Origin: an uncultured Chloroflexia bacterium
GTDB lineage: Bacteria; Chloroflexota; Limnocylindria; Limnocylindrales; CSP1-4
NCBI GenBank assembly: GCA_963734535.1
Contig: CAVTHS010000003.1
Coordinates: 192,001-256,000 of the forward strand
Direction: 5' to 3'
DNA length: 64,000 bases
A model generated the notes under the pieces. It was not told the origin of the DNA, ran no database searches, and saw only the letters and a program-made list of their open reading frames with translations. Position 1 is the stretch's first letter, and every line of letters starts with the position of its first letter. This document shows, piece after piece, positions 31,557-43,636 of this stretch. A program made the position numbers and the translations under genes.

Positions 31557-33518
31557 ATGACCGATACGAGCAACCGACCCCGCGTGCCCGTCGCGACCGC
31601 GACGCCGCCCGAGGCGCCCGACACCGAACGCGCCGTCCTCGCCGTCCGCAGGGACGTCCGCAACGTCGCGATCGTCGCCCACGTCGACCACGGCAAGACA
31701 ACGCTGGTCGACGCGCTCCTGCGCCAGACCGGCTCGTTCCGGGCCAACCAGGTCGTCGCGGAGCGGGTGATGGATTCGATGGACCTGGAGCGCGAGAAGG
31801 GGATCACGATCCTCGCCAAGCAGACGAACGTCGACTTCGACGGGATCCACATCAACATCGTGGACACCCCGGGCCACGCCGACTTCGGCGGCGAGGTGGA
31901 GCGCTCGCTCAACCTCGTCGACTCGGTGCTGCTCCTGGTCGATGCCGCCGAAGGACCGCTGCCGCAGACACGGTATGTCCTCCAGAAGGCCATGGCGCGC
32001 CACCTGCCGGTGGTCGTGGCGGTGAACAAGATCGACCGCGGCGACGCGCGTCCCGTGGAGGTGCTCGACGACATCTACGAGCTCTTCATGGACCTGGGCG
32101 CGACCGCCGGTCAGATCGAGTTCCCGGTCGTCTACACCAACGCGAAGAGCGGCACCGCGACGCGTGCGCTCGCGGTGCCCGGCACCAGCCTCCGGCCGCT
32201 CCTGGAGCTGCTCGTGTCGGTCACGCCGGCGCCCACCTACGAGCCGGGACACCCGCTGCAGCTGCTCGTGACGAACCTGTCCGCGAACGAGTACGTCGGC
32301 CGGATGGCCGTGGGTCGCGTGATGAACGGCACGATCCGCGTCGGGCAGCGGATCGTGGTCGTCCGCGAGGAGCCCGACGATCCGAGTGGCGTCGTCGAGC
32401 CGGGGCGGACCGTGACCCTGTCCGGGACGGTGACCGCGCTGCAGACCGCCCGCGGGATCGAGCGCGCCGACATCGAGGAGGCCGGCCCCGGCGACATCGT
32501 CTCGGTGGCCGGGCTGCCCGAGGTCACGATCGGCGACACGCTCACCGACCCGGCCGACCCGCGCCCGCTCCCGCGTCTCGAGGTGGACGAGCCGACGCTG
32601 CGAATGACGTTCGGCGTCAACACCTCGCCGATCTCCGGACGCGACGGGAAGTACCTGACGAGCCGCCAGCTCCGGGCGCGCCTGGAGAAGGAGATCCTGG
32701 GCAACGTCGCGATCCAGTTCTTCCCGACGGAATCGGCCGACACGTTCGAGGTGCGCGGTCGCGGCGAGCTCCAGCTCGCCGTCCTCGTCGAGCAGATGCG
32801 ACGCGAGGGCTTCGAGCTCCAGGTGAGCCGCCCGGAGGTGATCCTGCGGACCGAGGGCGGCGTGCTCCAGGAGCCGTACGAGCGGATCACCCTCGACATC
32901 CCGCCCGAGTACATCGGCACGATCCAGACCGCGCTGGCGGGCCGCAAGGGGCGGCTCGAGCAGATGTCGACCGATGCCGACGGCCGCGTCCGCCTCGAAT
33001 ACGTCCTGCCTGTGCGCGGCCTCATCGGCTATCGCGGCCAGCTGATGACCGAGACGCGCGGAACGGCGCTGCTCCACCAGATCGGCGAGGGCTACGGCCC
33101 CTACGCCGGCGACGTGACGCATCGGACGAACGGCGTGCTCGTGGCGGACCGCCAGGGAACGTCCAACGCCTATGGCCTCTTCAACCTCCAGGAACGAGCG
33201 GAGATGCTCATCGGTGCCGGGCAGGAAGTCTACGAGGGGATGGTCGTCGGCGAGAACGCCCGATCCGGGGACATGGACGTGAACGTCACGAAAGAGAAGA
33301 AGCTCACGAACATCCGGACCCACGCTCACGACGAGGCGCTGCGGCTGACCCCGCCCCGGCCGATGACCCTCGAGACGGCGATCGAGTTCATCGGTGAGGA
33401 CGAGCTGGTCGAGGTCACGCCCAACCAGATCCGGCTGCGCAAGCGGCTCCTTTCGTCGCATGACCGGCACCGCCAGGCCGGCGCCCGCGAGGACGCGCGG
33501 TCGGTCGCCGAGCGCTGA
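31557..33518 (+). CDS. typA: Translational GTPase TypA/BipA
   Basis: [48 protein letters not shown]. Confidence 0.97.
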   Translation: MTDTSNRPRVPVATATPPEAPDTERAVLAVRRDVRNVAIVAHVDHGKTTLVDALLRQTGSFRANQVVAERVMDSMDLEREKGITILAKQTNVDFDGIHINIVDTPGHADFGGEVERSLNLVDSVLLLVDAAEGPLPQTRYVLQKAMARHLPVVVAVNKIDRGDARPVEVLDDIYELFMDLGATAGQIEFPVVYTNAKSGTATRALAVPGTSLRPLLELLVSVTPAPTYEPGHPLQLLVTNLSANEYVGRMAVGRVMNGTIRVGQRIVVVREEPDDPSGVVEPGRTVTLSGTVTALQTARGIERADIEEAGPGDIVSVAGLPEVTIGDTLTDPADPRPLPRLEVDEPTLRMTFGVNTSPISGRDGKYLTSRQLRARLEKEILGNVAIQFFPTESADTFEVRGRGELQLAVLVEQMRREGFELQVSRPEVILRTEGGVLQEPYERITLDIPPEYIGTIQTALAGRKGRLEQMSTDADGRVRLEYVLPVRGLIGYRGQLMTETRGTALLHQIGEGYGPYAGDVTHRTNGVLVADRQGTSNAYGLFNLQERAEMLIGAGQEVYEGMVVGENARSGDMDVNVTKEKKLTNIRTHAHDEALRLTPPRPMTLETAIEFIGEDELVEVTPNQIRLRKRLLSSHDRHRQAGAREDARSVAER

Positions 33519-33625
33519 CAAACGGAGGACGGACGCGCCCGCCCGGGAGCCGCTGACGACCTGACGCGCCGATGCTGTCGCCCCCGCGGTGTCGCGCGCC
33601 GCCGCCGCGCCGCTACCATCTGGTG

Positions 33626-35227
33626 ATGGACCGGTTCAGGTCGGCGCCCGTGCGCACGGTGGCCGGTGCGCTCGCGGTGATGGGTGCGGCGCTGGCGTTG
33701 ACGACGCTCGCCGTGGCGGCCCTCGAAGGCGTCCTGCAGATCCCGGACGCATCCGCGACGTACCTGCTCGCGGTGGTCTCGGTCGCCGTGGCATTCGGCA
33801 CGGCGGCGGCCGTCGCAACGGCGATCGGCTCGTTCCTCCTGTACGACTTCCTGTTCGTCGCGCCGACGGGCGCGCTCATCGTCGCAAACGCAGAGGAGCT
33901 CCTCAACCTCCTGCTGCTGCTGGCGCTCGGCGTCGTCGTCGGGCAGCTGGCCGGGATGCAGCGACGCCGGGCCGAAACGGCCGTGCTCCGCGAGCGCCAG
34001 GCGCGGACCCAGTACCAGGTGGGCCGCGAGCTCGCCACCGCGGCGACCGCCCGCGAGGCGCTGCCGGGCCTCGTGAAGATCGTGGGCCAGGAGGTGGAGG
34101 CGACGCGCACGTGGATCGGGCTGGGCGGGGAGGTGGGGCAGGAGCGCGTGGCGGCCGACAGCGACCCTGCGCCGGGACGGCCGGCACCCGCGTCATACCA
34201 GGTCATGCAGCGCATGCCCGGCGACGAGGGGACCGCGTGGGTGCGCGTCCACGACCCACGCCCGGCCTCCGGAGAGCGGCGCGAGGCGGGTGGCGTCTGC
34301 TACCGGATCCCGATCACGGCAGCGGGAATCCCACTCGGGTCCCTGTGGGTCGTCCGCCGCAGGAGCGACGGGCCGCCCGGCCGGGGCCACACGCGCGTGC
34401 TCGCCGCTGCGGCCGACCAGGTCGGCCAGGCGCTCGAGCGGGATCGCCTGGCCGAGGAGGCTACCGGAGCGGAGATCGCCCGGCGCAGCGAGGCAGCCAA
34501 GACCGCCCTTCTCGACTCGGTCTCGCACGACCTGCGGACGCCCCTGGCCTCGATCCGCGCGGCGGCGGGGAGCCTGATGGACCCGACCGTGCCGCTCGAC
34601 GACGCGGCCCGGATGGAGCGCGCGGCGTCGATCGACGGCCAGGCGGAGCGCCTCAACCGACTCGTGACCAACCTGCTCGACATGAGCCGCATCGAGGCGG
34701 GCGGCCTTCGTGCGCGGCTCGAGGTCTTCCCACTGGAGGACCTGGTCCGAGCGACGATCGCGCGGTCCGCCGGCCAGCTCGACGGCCGGACGGTGGCAGT
34801 CTCGATGCCGTCGGACCTGCCGCCCGTCTCGGTCGACGACATCTTCATCGACGAGGTCGTGACCAACCTCCTGGAGAACGCGATCCGCCATGCGCCGCCG
34901 GTCGTGCCGATCCAGGTGAGCGCCGTCGCCCAGGCGGATGGGACCGTCCGGTTGCGCGTCGAAGATGGCGGGCCCGGCGTGCCCGCCGCGGTGCTCGAGC
35001 GCGTCTTCGACAAGTTCTACCGCGTCCCGACGACGACCGACCGCGCGCAACGTGGAAGCGGCCTCGGCCTCGCCGTCGTCCGCGGGTTCGTCGAGGCGAT
35101 GGGCGGGCGCGTCTCGGCCCACCCGAGCGACCTCGGCGGCCTCGCGGTGGACGTCATCCTCCAGCCGGCCGTGAGTCCGGCAGCGCCGCCGGCGCCCGAG
35201 GGACCGGGATCGGAGGGCGGGACGTGA
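33626..35227 (+). CDS. KdpD-like sensor kinase (4-TM DUF4118-type, GAF-like, HisKA, HATPase)
   Basis: Four TMs with YDFLF..P, SHDLRTPL, NLLENA, DGGPG, GSGLGL; no N-terminal KdpD or USP domain. Confidence 0.88.
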   Translation: MDRFRSAPVRTVAGALAVMGAALALTTLAVAALEGVLQIPDASATYLLAVVSVAVAFGTAAAVATAIGSFLLYDFLFVAPTGALIVANAEELLNLLLLLALGVVVGQLAGMQRRRAETAVLRERQARTQYQVGRELATAATAREALPGLVKIVGQEVEATRTWIGLGGEVGQERVAADSDPAPGRPAPASYQVMQRMPGDEGTAWVRVHDPRPASGERREAGGVCYRIPITAAGIPLGSLWVVRRRSDGPPGRGHTRVLAAAADQVGQALERDRLAEEATGAEIARRSEAAKTALLDSVSHDLRTPLASIRAAAGSLMDPTVPLDDAARMERAASIDGQAERLNRLVTNLLDMSRIEAGGLRARLEVFPLEDLVRATIARSAGQLDGRTVAVSMPSDLPPVSVDDIFIDEVVTNLLENAIRHAPPVVPIQVSAVAQADGTVRLRVEDGGPGVPAAVLERVFDKFYRVPTTTDRAQRGSGLGLAVVRGFVEAMGGRVSAHPSDLGGLAVDVILQPAVSPAAPPAPEGPGSEGGT

Positions 35228-35952
35228 TGCCCGCATCCGCGCCCGGCGCGGCCGTCCTGCTCGTGGAGGACGATGCGGCGACGCGGCGGGAGGTCGCCAC
35301 GTTCCTGCGCGGCCACGGCTTCCGGGTCGACGAGGCGGGCAACGGCGCGACGGCCTGGGAACGCTGGGCGGCGCAGCGGCCCGACCTGGTCGTGCTGGAC
35401 CTGGGCCTGCCCGACCTGGACGGGGTGGTCCTGATCCGGCGCCTGCGGCGCGATTCGACGACCCCGATCCTTGTCCTGTCGGCGCGCGACCGGGAGGCGG
35501 AGAAGGTGGCCGCGCTCGAGTCGGGCGCGGACGATTACGTGACCAAGCCGTTCGGGGCGGCCGAGCTGCTCGCCCGGATCCGGGCGGTCCTGCGCCGTGC
35601 GGCCGGGCCCGCGGCCGAGCCGGCCGGGGCGGTCACGGTCGGACAGCTCCGGCTGGACGTCGCGCGTCACGAGGTGACGGTGTCTGGCCGGCCTGTCCAG
35701 CTGACGCCCCGCGAGTTCGAGGTCCTGAAGGTCCTGCTGGCGTCGGCCGGCCGCCTGGTCACGCACGGGCGGCTGCTCCGTGCCGTGTGGGGCACCGCCT
35801 ACTCGGACGAGGCCCACTACCTGCACGTCTACGTGAGCCAGATCCGGCGCAAGATCGCGGCCGTGGACCCGTCCGGCGATCTCGCCGGCCTGATCGCCGC
35901 CGAGCCCGGCGTCGGCTACCGGGTGCGCCTCCCCGAGGCGGATCGATCCTGA
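35227..35952 (+). CDS. kdpE: KdpE-like OmpR-family response regulator
   Basis: VEDD, LDLGLPD, GADDYVTKPFG, LTPREF, YLHVYVSQIRRK, EPGVGYR. Confidence 0.88.
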   Translation: MPASAPGAAVLLVEDDAATRREVATFLRGHGFRVDEAGNGATAWERWAAQRPDLVVLDLGLPDLDGVVLIRRLRRDSTTPILVLSARDREAEKVAALESGADDYVTKPFGAAELLARIRAVLRRAAGPAAEPAGAVTVGQLRLDVARHEVTVSGRPVQLTPREFEVLKVLLASAGRLVTHGRLLRAVWGTAYSDEAHYLHVYVSQIRRKIAAVDPSGDLAGLIAAEPGVGYRVRLPEADRS

Positions 35953-35966
35953 GCGATCCTTGAGCG
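35945..35966 (+). promoter_or_regulatory. Candidate OmpR/KdpE-type tandem operator
   Basis: GATCCTGAGC-GATCCTTGAGCG; TGAGCG repeated at 11-bp spacing upstream of the 36021-kimA unit. Confidence 0.45.
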
Positions 35967-36020
35967 CGGGGCGGGCTCCCGAGGCTGGCTGACCTTGGAA
36001 CGCGCTGCCATCGTGGTGGC

Positions 36021-36275
36021 ATGAACCTCGAAGGACGCCGGAGCGGGGCACGTCCGACGCCCGGCGCGGTCTTGCCCTGGGACTGGGAGCGGGAGATCAA
36101 CGCGGCGATCGCCATGGTCGCCCGCAACCCCCGGTATCGCGTGGTCCTCTGCGGGAGCGCGCTTCGCGCCGGCGTCGTGGCGCGGCTCGACGCGGCCGCG
36201 GCGAGCGCGGGCGTCGTGCTCGAACGGCAGATCCGGCGCGGCGGAGGCTGGGACGTCGAGGTGCGCGCCGGGTGA
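36021..36275 (+). CDS. Small hypothetical protein
   Basis: 84 aa ORF, GTGA-coupled to the permease. Confidence 0.55.
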   Translation: MNLEGRRSGARPTPGAVLPWDWEREINAAIAMVARNPRYRVVLCGSALRAGVVARLDAAAASAGVVLERQIRRGGGWDVEVRAG

Positions 36276-38329
36276 GTCACGCACTGCCGCGGCCCGCGCC
36301 GCGTGAGCATCGTCACGCGGCGAGCGAGGACCCAGGTCTGCTCCACGGCCAGAAGCCCGCCGACCGCCGCGTCCGCGTCAGCCGACCGGAGTCCCGCTAC
36401 TTCCGGTATGCCGGGCCGGGCGTGGTGGTCGCCCGCGCGGCGGCCAGCGAGGCGCGAACGCCGATCGGGCGCGCGTGGATCGGAGCTCGCAGGGTCCTGT
36501 TCGGCAGCCCGCTCGCCACCGCCCAGGAGATCGAGCAGCGCCTTCCGAAGTGGAAGGCGCTGGCGGTCTTCTCGAGCGACGTCCTGTCCTCGGTGGCGTA
36601 CGCGACCGAGGCCAGCATGTTCACGCTCCTCGCGGTCGGCACCATCGCCTTCAGCTACCTGATGCCCATCGCGATCGTGATCGTGGCGCTGCTCGTTCTC
36701 GTCACGTTCTCGTACCGCCAGACGATCCGGGCCTATCCGAGCGGCGGCGGCAGCTACATCGTCGCGCGCGCAAATCTCGGCGTCCTTCCCGGGCTGGTTG
36801 CGGCGGCCGCCCTCCTCACGGACTACGTGCTGACGGTCTCGGTGAGCGTGTCGAGTGGCGTCTTCAACCTCGCGTCGGCGTTCCCGGCCCTCCACGCCGT
36901 GACCGTCCCGCTCATCGTCGTCGCGATCCTGCTCGTGATGGCGGTGAACCTGCGCGGGCTCCGGGAGAGCGGCACGATCTTCGCGCTCCCGACGTACATC
37001 TTCATGTTCAGCGTCATCCTCCTCGTGGTGGTCGGCGTGATCCGGACGGCATTGGGTGACACGCCGCGAGTCACGGACGTGGTGCCGATCTCGGTCCAGG
37101 CCGAGACGATGAGCCTCCTCCTCCTCATGCGGGCGTTCGCCGACGGCTGCAGCGCGATGACGGGCACGGAGGCGATCTCGAACGGCACCCCTGCGTTCAA
37201 GCCGCCGGAGTGGAAGAACGCCCAGCGGACGATGGTGGCGATGGCCTCCATCCTGGGCTTCGTCTTCCTGGGGATCTCATTCCTCGCAAAGGGCGCCGGG
37301 GCGGTCCCGTCCCATGACGAATCCGTGCTCTCGCAGGTCGGCCGTGCCACGTTCGGGCAGGGCCCCATCTGGTACATCCTGCTGATTTCCACGATGGGGA
37401 TCCTGGTCCTGGCCGCCCAGACCAGCTTCGCGGACTTCCCACGCCTCGCGTCGATCCTGTCCCGTGACGGGTTCATGCCGCGCGGCTTCGCCTATCGCGG
37501 CGAGCGTCTTGCCTTCAATGCCGGAATCGTGGCGCTGGCGGTGCTCGCGATCATCGTCGCGGTCGCCTTCGGCGGACGCGTGGAGTCGCTCATTCCGCTC
37601 TACGCGATCGGCGTCTTCACCGCGTTCACGCTCTCGCAGGCGGGCATGGTCCGCCATTGGTTCTCCGAGAAGGGTCCGGGGTGGCGGCGGAGCGCCATCA
37701 TCAACGGGGTCGGGGCGATCGCCACGGCCATCGTCGCGGTGGTGTTCGCGGTCGCCAAGTTCGCGCTCGGCGCCTGGATCGTCCTCGTCATCGTGCCGGT
37801 CCTCGTCGCGATCATGCTGCTCATCCGTCGCCAATACAGCTTCGGGATGTCGGGGCTGAGCGTGGCCCCCGACCTCGTCTGGGGCGCCCCGGTGCACCGT
37901 CGGCGCGTCGTGATCCCGGTCGCCGACGTCCAGTGGGACGTCATCCAGGCGGTCCGTTTCGGGCGGTCGATGAGCGACGACATCACCGCGGTCCACGTCA
38001 CCGACGATGTCGCGGCGGGCGAGCGCGTCCGCGAGCGGTTCGAACGCCAGCTGCCCGGGATCCGATTCGTGATCGTGGAATCGCCGTACCGGAACCTCGT
38101 CGACCCGCTGATCCGGTACCTCGAGGTGACCGCGGAGCAGGACCCGAACAGCGTCACCGTGGTCCTCCTGCCCGAGCGGGTATCGCGCCACTGGTGGGAG
38201 AAGCTCCTGTTCAACCAGAACGTCCACCGCATCCGCGAGGCGTTGACCGGCCGCTCGGACATCCTGGTCGCCGACGTCCCATTCCGCTCACGCGAGAGCG
38301 GCCACAGCGGTCGCAGGCCCGGGGCGTGA
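36272..38329 (+). CDS. kimA: APC-family permease, KimA/YdaO-like K+ transporter
   Basis: FSSDVLSSVAYA, SYRQTIRAYPSGGG, TGTEAISNG, FADFPRL, YAIGVF, SPYR; cytoplasmic C-terminal domain. Confidence 0.85.
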   Translation: MSHALPRPAPREHRHAASEDPGLLHGQKPADRRVRVSRPESRYFRYAGPGVVVARAAASEARTPIGRAWIGARRVLFGSPLATAQEIEQRLPKWKALAVFSSDVLSSVAYATEASMFTLLAVGTIAFSYLMPIAIVIVALLVLVTFSYRQTIRAYPSGGGSYIVARANLGVLPGLVAAAALLTDYVLTVSVSVSSGVFNLASAFPALHAVTVPLIVVAILLVMAVNLRGLRESGTIFALPTYIFMFSVILLVVVGVIRTALGDTPRVTDVVPISVQAETMSLLLLMRAFADGCSAMTGTEAISNGTPAFKPPEWKNAQRTMVAMASILGFVFLGISFLAKGAGAVPSHDESVLSQVGRATFGQGPIWYILLISTMGILVLAAQTSFADFPRLASILSRDGFMPRGFAYRGERLAFNAGIVALAVLAIIVAVAFGGRVESLIPLYAIGVFTAFTLSQAGMVRHWFSEKGPGWRRSAIINGVGAIATAIVAVVFAVAKFALGAWIVLVIVPVLVAIMLLIRRQYSFGMSGLSVAPDLVWGAPVHRRRVVIPVADVQWDVIQAVRFGRSMSDDITAVHVTDDVAAGERVRERFERQLPGIRFVIVESPYRNLVDPLIRYLEVTAEQDPNSVTVVLLPERVSRHWWEKLLFNQNVHRIREALTGRSDILVADVPFRSRESGHSGRRPGA

Positions 38330-38434
38330 CGCTCGTCCGAACGAGGACCCCTCTCCGACGTCGGTGAGCGGGGGCAGCACGGCCGCGAGGACGGGGCCCC
38401 GCGCTGCAGCGTCGACCGGAGCGCCGCGTCGGGT

Positions 38435-38544
38435 GCGATGGCGGGATGCCGTCGTGCCTGGCGAGACAGGTGACCGCACCGGTCAGGAATCGAGAAGCGC
38501 GGGGCATCGAGCGGCACCTAGAGTCACGGCCATGGACATCACCA
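38435..38544 (+). repeat. Diverged copy (~85% by hand alignment) of 42490-42600: araC 3' end, promoter and first VOC codons
   Basis: Shared ATGCCGTCGTGC..GGCGA.ACAGGTGAC...ACCGGTCAGGAA.CGAGAAGCGCGGG...TAG..T...GCCATGGACATCACCA. Confidence 0.9.
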
Positions 38545-39044
38545 CCACGACGCCAGGAGTGACCATGACCAACTCGGCTGCTCCAGGACCGGTGATCACC
38601 GAGCCCCGCTCCCGCCGCGTCCGTCGTCGCGACACCGAGCATCGGTTGACCCACGATATCGATGTCTGGGTGGCCAGTGCCTCGGCCGACGGTGCGCCGC
38701 ACCTTGTGCCGCTGTCGTTCGACTGGGACGGCGAGGCGCTGCTGGTGGCGACGCCGGCGGACAGCGCCACCGGCAGGAACCTGGCCACCACCCGAACCGT
38801 GAGGCTGGGGCTGGGCCAAACGCGCGACGTGTCGATGATCGCGGGCGACGTCGAGACCCTCGAGATCGACGCGCTCCCTCGGGAGCAGGGTGACCGGTTC
38901 GCTGCGCGAACGGGCTTCGACCCGCGGGAGCTGGTCACGCCGTACCGCTGGTACCGTATCGTTCCGCGCCACATTCAGGCCTGGCGCGAGGTGAACGAGC
39001 TGCCCGACCGCGAGCTCATGCGCGACGGCCGCTGGTTGGTCTGA
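38532..39044 (+). CDS. Pyridoxamine 5'-phosphate oxidase-like (split-barrel flavin-binding) protein
   Basis: WVASA, PHLVPLSF.WDG, TGRNL, QAWREVNEL; alternative ATG at 38565 with AGGAG. Confidence 0.85.
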   Translation: MDITTTTPGVTMTNSAAPGPVITEPRSRRVRRRDTEHRLTHDIDVWVASASADGAPHLVPLSFDWDGEALLVATPADSATGRNLATTRTVRLGLGQTRDVSMIAGDVETLEIDALPREQGDRFAARTGFDPRELVTPYRWYRIVPRHIQAWREVNELPDRELMRDGRWLV

Positions 39045-39131
39045 CATTCAACAGGGCGCACCACGCCGCCGAAGCGAGCGACCCCGGCGCGAGGGTCGTC
39101 CCAGCCAAGATTCCCAGGGGAGGAAGCCGCG

Positions 39132-39602
39132 ATGACTGACATGAAGAGCTCCGCCAGGAACAGCACCACGATCGACAAGGCGCCCGGGAAGTGGACCGAT
39201 GACGAAGTCGCCGCGATGAAGGCTCGCGCCCGCGAGCTGAAAGCAGAAGAGCGCGCGAACAAGGACAGAGCGCAGGGCGAGCGCGACCTGCTTGCGGCAA
39301 TCGCCGCGATGAAGGGACCGGATCGCATCCTGGCCGAGAAGCTCCATGCGATCGTCGAAGCAACCGCGCCGGCCCTCTGGCCGAAGACGTGGTACGGGAT
39401 GCCTGCCTACGCGAAGGACGGCAAGGTGGTCTGCTTCTTCAAGAGCGCGGCCAAGTTCAACTCGAGGTACGCGACGCTCGGCTTCGAAGAAGCGGCGCAC
39501 CTCGACGACGGCTCCATGTGGTCGACCTCCTTCGCCCTGACGGACTTGACCCCCGCCGAGGAGACGCGGATCTCCGCGCTCGTGAAGAAGGCCGTCGGCT
39601 GA
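39132..39602 (+). CDS. DUF1801/YdhG-like protein
   Basis: PKTWYGMPAYAKDGKVVCFF, RYATLGF; GGAGG RBS. Confidence 0.85.
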   Translation: MTDMKSSARNSTTIDKAPGKWTDDEVAAMKARARELKAEERANKDRAQGERDLLAAIAAMKGPDRILAEKLHAIVEATAPALWPKTWYGMPAYAKDGKVVCFFKSAAKFNSRYATLGFEEAAHLDDGSMWSTSFALTDLTPAEETRISALVKKAVG

Positions 39603-39696
39603 GGAACGAGGTCGCCATTGGGCCAGGCCTGGTCGGGACGGACCGAGCCGTCGCGCCCGGCTTCTACGGTCACCACACATGGACGGCGAACCCACG

Positions 39697-42084
<2,388 letters not shown>

Positions 42085-42132
42085 CCGAGGCCACGGCGGC
42101 GCCCGCACGTCGCATGTGGCACGATCTCGCAG

Positions 42133-42582
42133 GTGACCACCAGGCCCGCCGCGGCGCAGCACCTGCGCGACCTCGCGTGGTTGCGCCGCGTCCGCGACCG
42201 CATCGACCGGGAGTACGAGCAGCCGCTCGACGTCGAGGCGCTTGCGCGCGGCGCGCACATGTCGGCCGGGCACCTCAGCCGCGAGTTCCGGCTCGCCTAT
42301 GGCGAGTCGCCGTACAGCTACCTGATGACACGGCGCATCGAGCGCGCGATGGCGCTCCTGCGTCGCGGCGACCTGAGCGTTACCGACGTCTGCTTCGCGG
42401 TCGGCTGCTCGTCGCTGGGCACCTTCAGCACCCGCTTCACCGAGCTTGTCGGCGTGGCGCCCAGCACGTACCGGCGCGACGCCGCGCGCGCGACGGCGGG
42501 GATGCCGTCGTGCGTGGCGAAACAGGTGACGAGACCGGTCAGGAACCGAGAAGCGCGGGCCACCGAGCCGCACGTAGCATGA
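42133..42582 (+). CDS. Short AraC-family HTH regulator
   Basis: LDVEALARGAHMSAGHLSREF, SVTDVCFAVG..SLGTFSTRF. Confidence 0.92.
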   Translation: MTTRPAAAQHLRDLAWLRRVRDRIDREYEQPLDVEALARGAHMSAGHLSREFRLAYGESPYSYLMTRRIERAMALLRRGDLSVTDVCFAVGCSSLGTFSTRFTELVGVAPSTYRRDAARATAGMPSCVAKQVTRPVRNREARATEPHVA

Positions 42583-42587
42583 CCGCC

Positions 42588-42998
42588 ATGGACATCACCA
42601 TTCACACGGCCTCCCTCCCGCACGATGACCCGGACGCCTCCCTGGCCTTCTATCGCGACGTCCTCGGCTTCGAGGTCCGCGGCGACGTCGGAAAGGGCAG
42701 GATGCGCTGGATCACGGTCGGCCCCGCCAACCAGCCAGGCACGTCGATCCTCCTGGCTCCGCCGGCCGTCGACCCCGGCATCACCGACGACGAGCGCCGC
42801 ACCATCGCCGAGATGATGGCGAAGGGCACCTACGGCTGGATCCTCCTGGCCACCAGCGACCTCGACGGCACCTTCGAGCGGCTGGAGGCCGGCGGGGCCG
42901 AGGTCGTCCAGGAGCCGACCGAGCAGCCGTACGGCATTCGCGACTGCGCCTTCCGCGATCCGGCCGGCAACCTGATCCGCATCAGCGAGCTGCGCTGA
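42588..42998 (+). CDS. VOC/glyoxalase-family protein
   Basis: FYRDVLGFEV, RWITVG, QEPTEQPYGIRDCAFRDPAGN; TAGCAT 7 nt before ATG (alternative ATG 42579). Confidence 0.92.
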   Translation: MDITIHTASLPHDDPDASLAFYRDVLGFEVRGDVGKGRMRWITVGPANQPGTSILLAPPAVDPGITDDERRTIAEMMAKGTYGWILLATSDLDGTFERLEAGGAEVVQEPTEQPYGIRDCAFRDPAGNLIRISELR

Positions 42999-43047
42999 GC
43001 CATCCGGCGACCGCAGCGATGACCTGCACGCGGGTGGATCGCCGAAC

Positions 43048-43086
43048 CGGCAGCCACTCCTGGATCGGCAGCCACTCCTAGATCGG
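43048..43086. repeat. 18-bp tandem duplication at the cassette right edge
   Basis: CGGCAGCCACTCCTGGAT-CGGCAGCCACTCCTAGAT-CGG. Confidence 0.8.
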
Positions 43087-43581
43087 GAGATCGCCCTCGT
43101 CGGGTCCCGTGAACGGATCAAGGGTCTCGGTGTAGAAGCGGCCGTAGAAGTTGATGAAGTGCGCGCCGTGGCGCCGAAGGACCGCCCGGACCTGCCGGCG
43201 ACGGGCCGGATCGGTCTCCCGGACGGCGATCACCGGATGGCCGCGCCGCACTTCCAGCTCGTAGCGCCGGAAGTCGGGCGCCTGGTCCATCTGCGTGAAC
43301 TGGACCAGGCGGTAGATGCGCGCCAGCAGCCCGTGGTGCTTCCCGCGGCCATCGATCCGAAGCGCGGCATCCTCACCGACAAGGACCCGGATCGCGTCGA
43401 GGTCGACCCCGTCGCCGCGCAGCTCCGAGATCGCCGCGTCGACCGCGGCGCGGGACGGCAGGATGCCCATCAGGTGATCCGTGGGATAGCCAAGGAGCCA
43501 GCCCGACGGCCGGGCCGCGGGGCCGGGCGCACTCGGTCCGGGGGCAGCGCTCGGTCCGGGCGGGCGTGGTCGATCGGTCAC
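43078..43581 (-). CDS. Hypothetical protein
   Basis: Coding-like composition (YPTDHLMGIL, HGAHFINFYG); TATCCT 6 nt before GTG. Confidence 0.7.
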   Translation of the reverse strand: MTDRPRPPGPSAAPGPSAPGPAARPSGWLLGYPTDHLMGILPSRAAVDAAISELRGDGVDLDAIRVLVGEDAALRIDGRGKHHGLLARIYRLVQFTQMDQAPDFRRYELEVRRGHPVIAVRETDPARRRQVRAVLRRHGAHFINFYGRFYTETLDPFTGPDEGDLPI

Positions 43582-43636
43582 GGTGAAAGGATAGCCAGCA
43601 GGCCTTCGGGCGATCCCGCCGTACAATCCCGCTCTG

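Noticed and set aside
35953-36272. c-di-AMP (ydaO) riboswitch upstream of the KimA-like gene
   Set aside because: No recognisable conserved segments by eye and the region holds an ORF; an Rfam scan would be decisive
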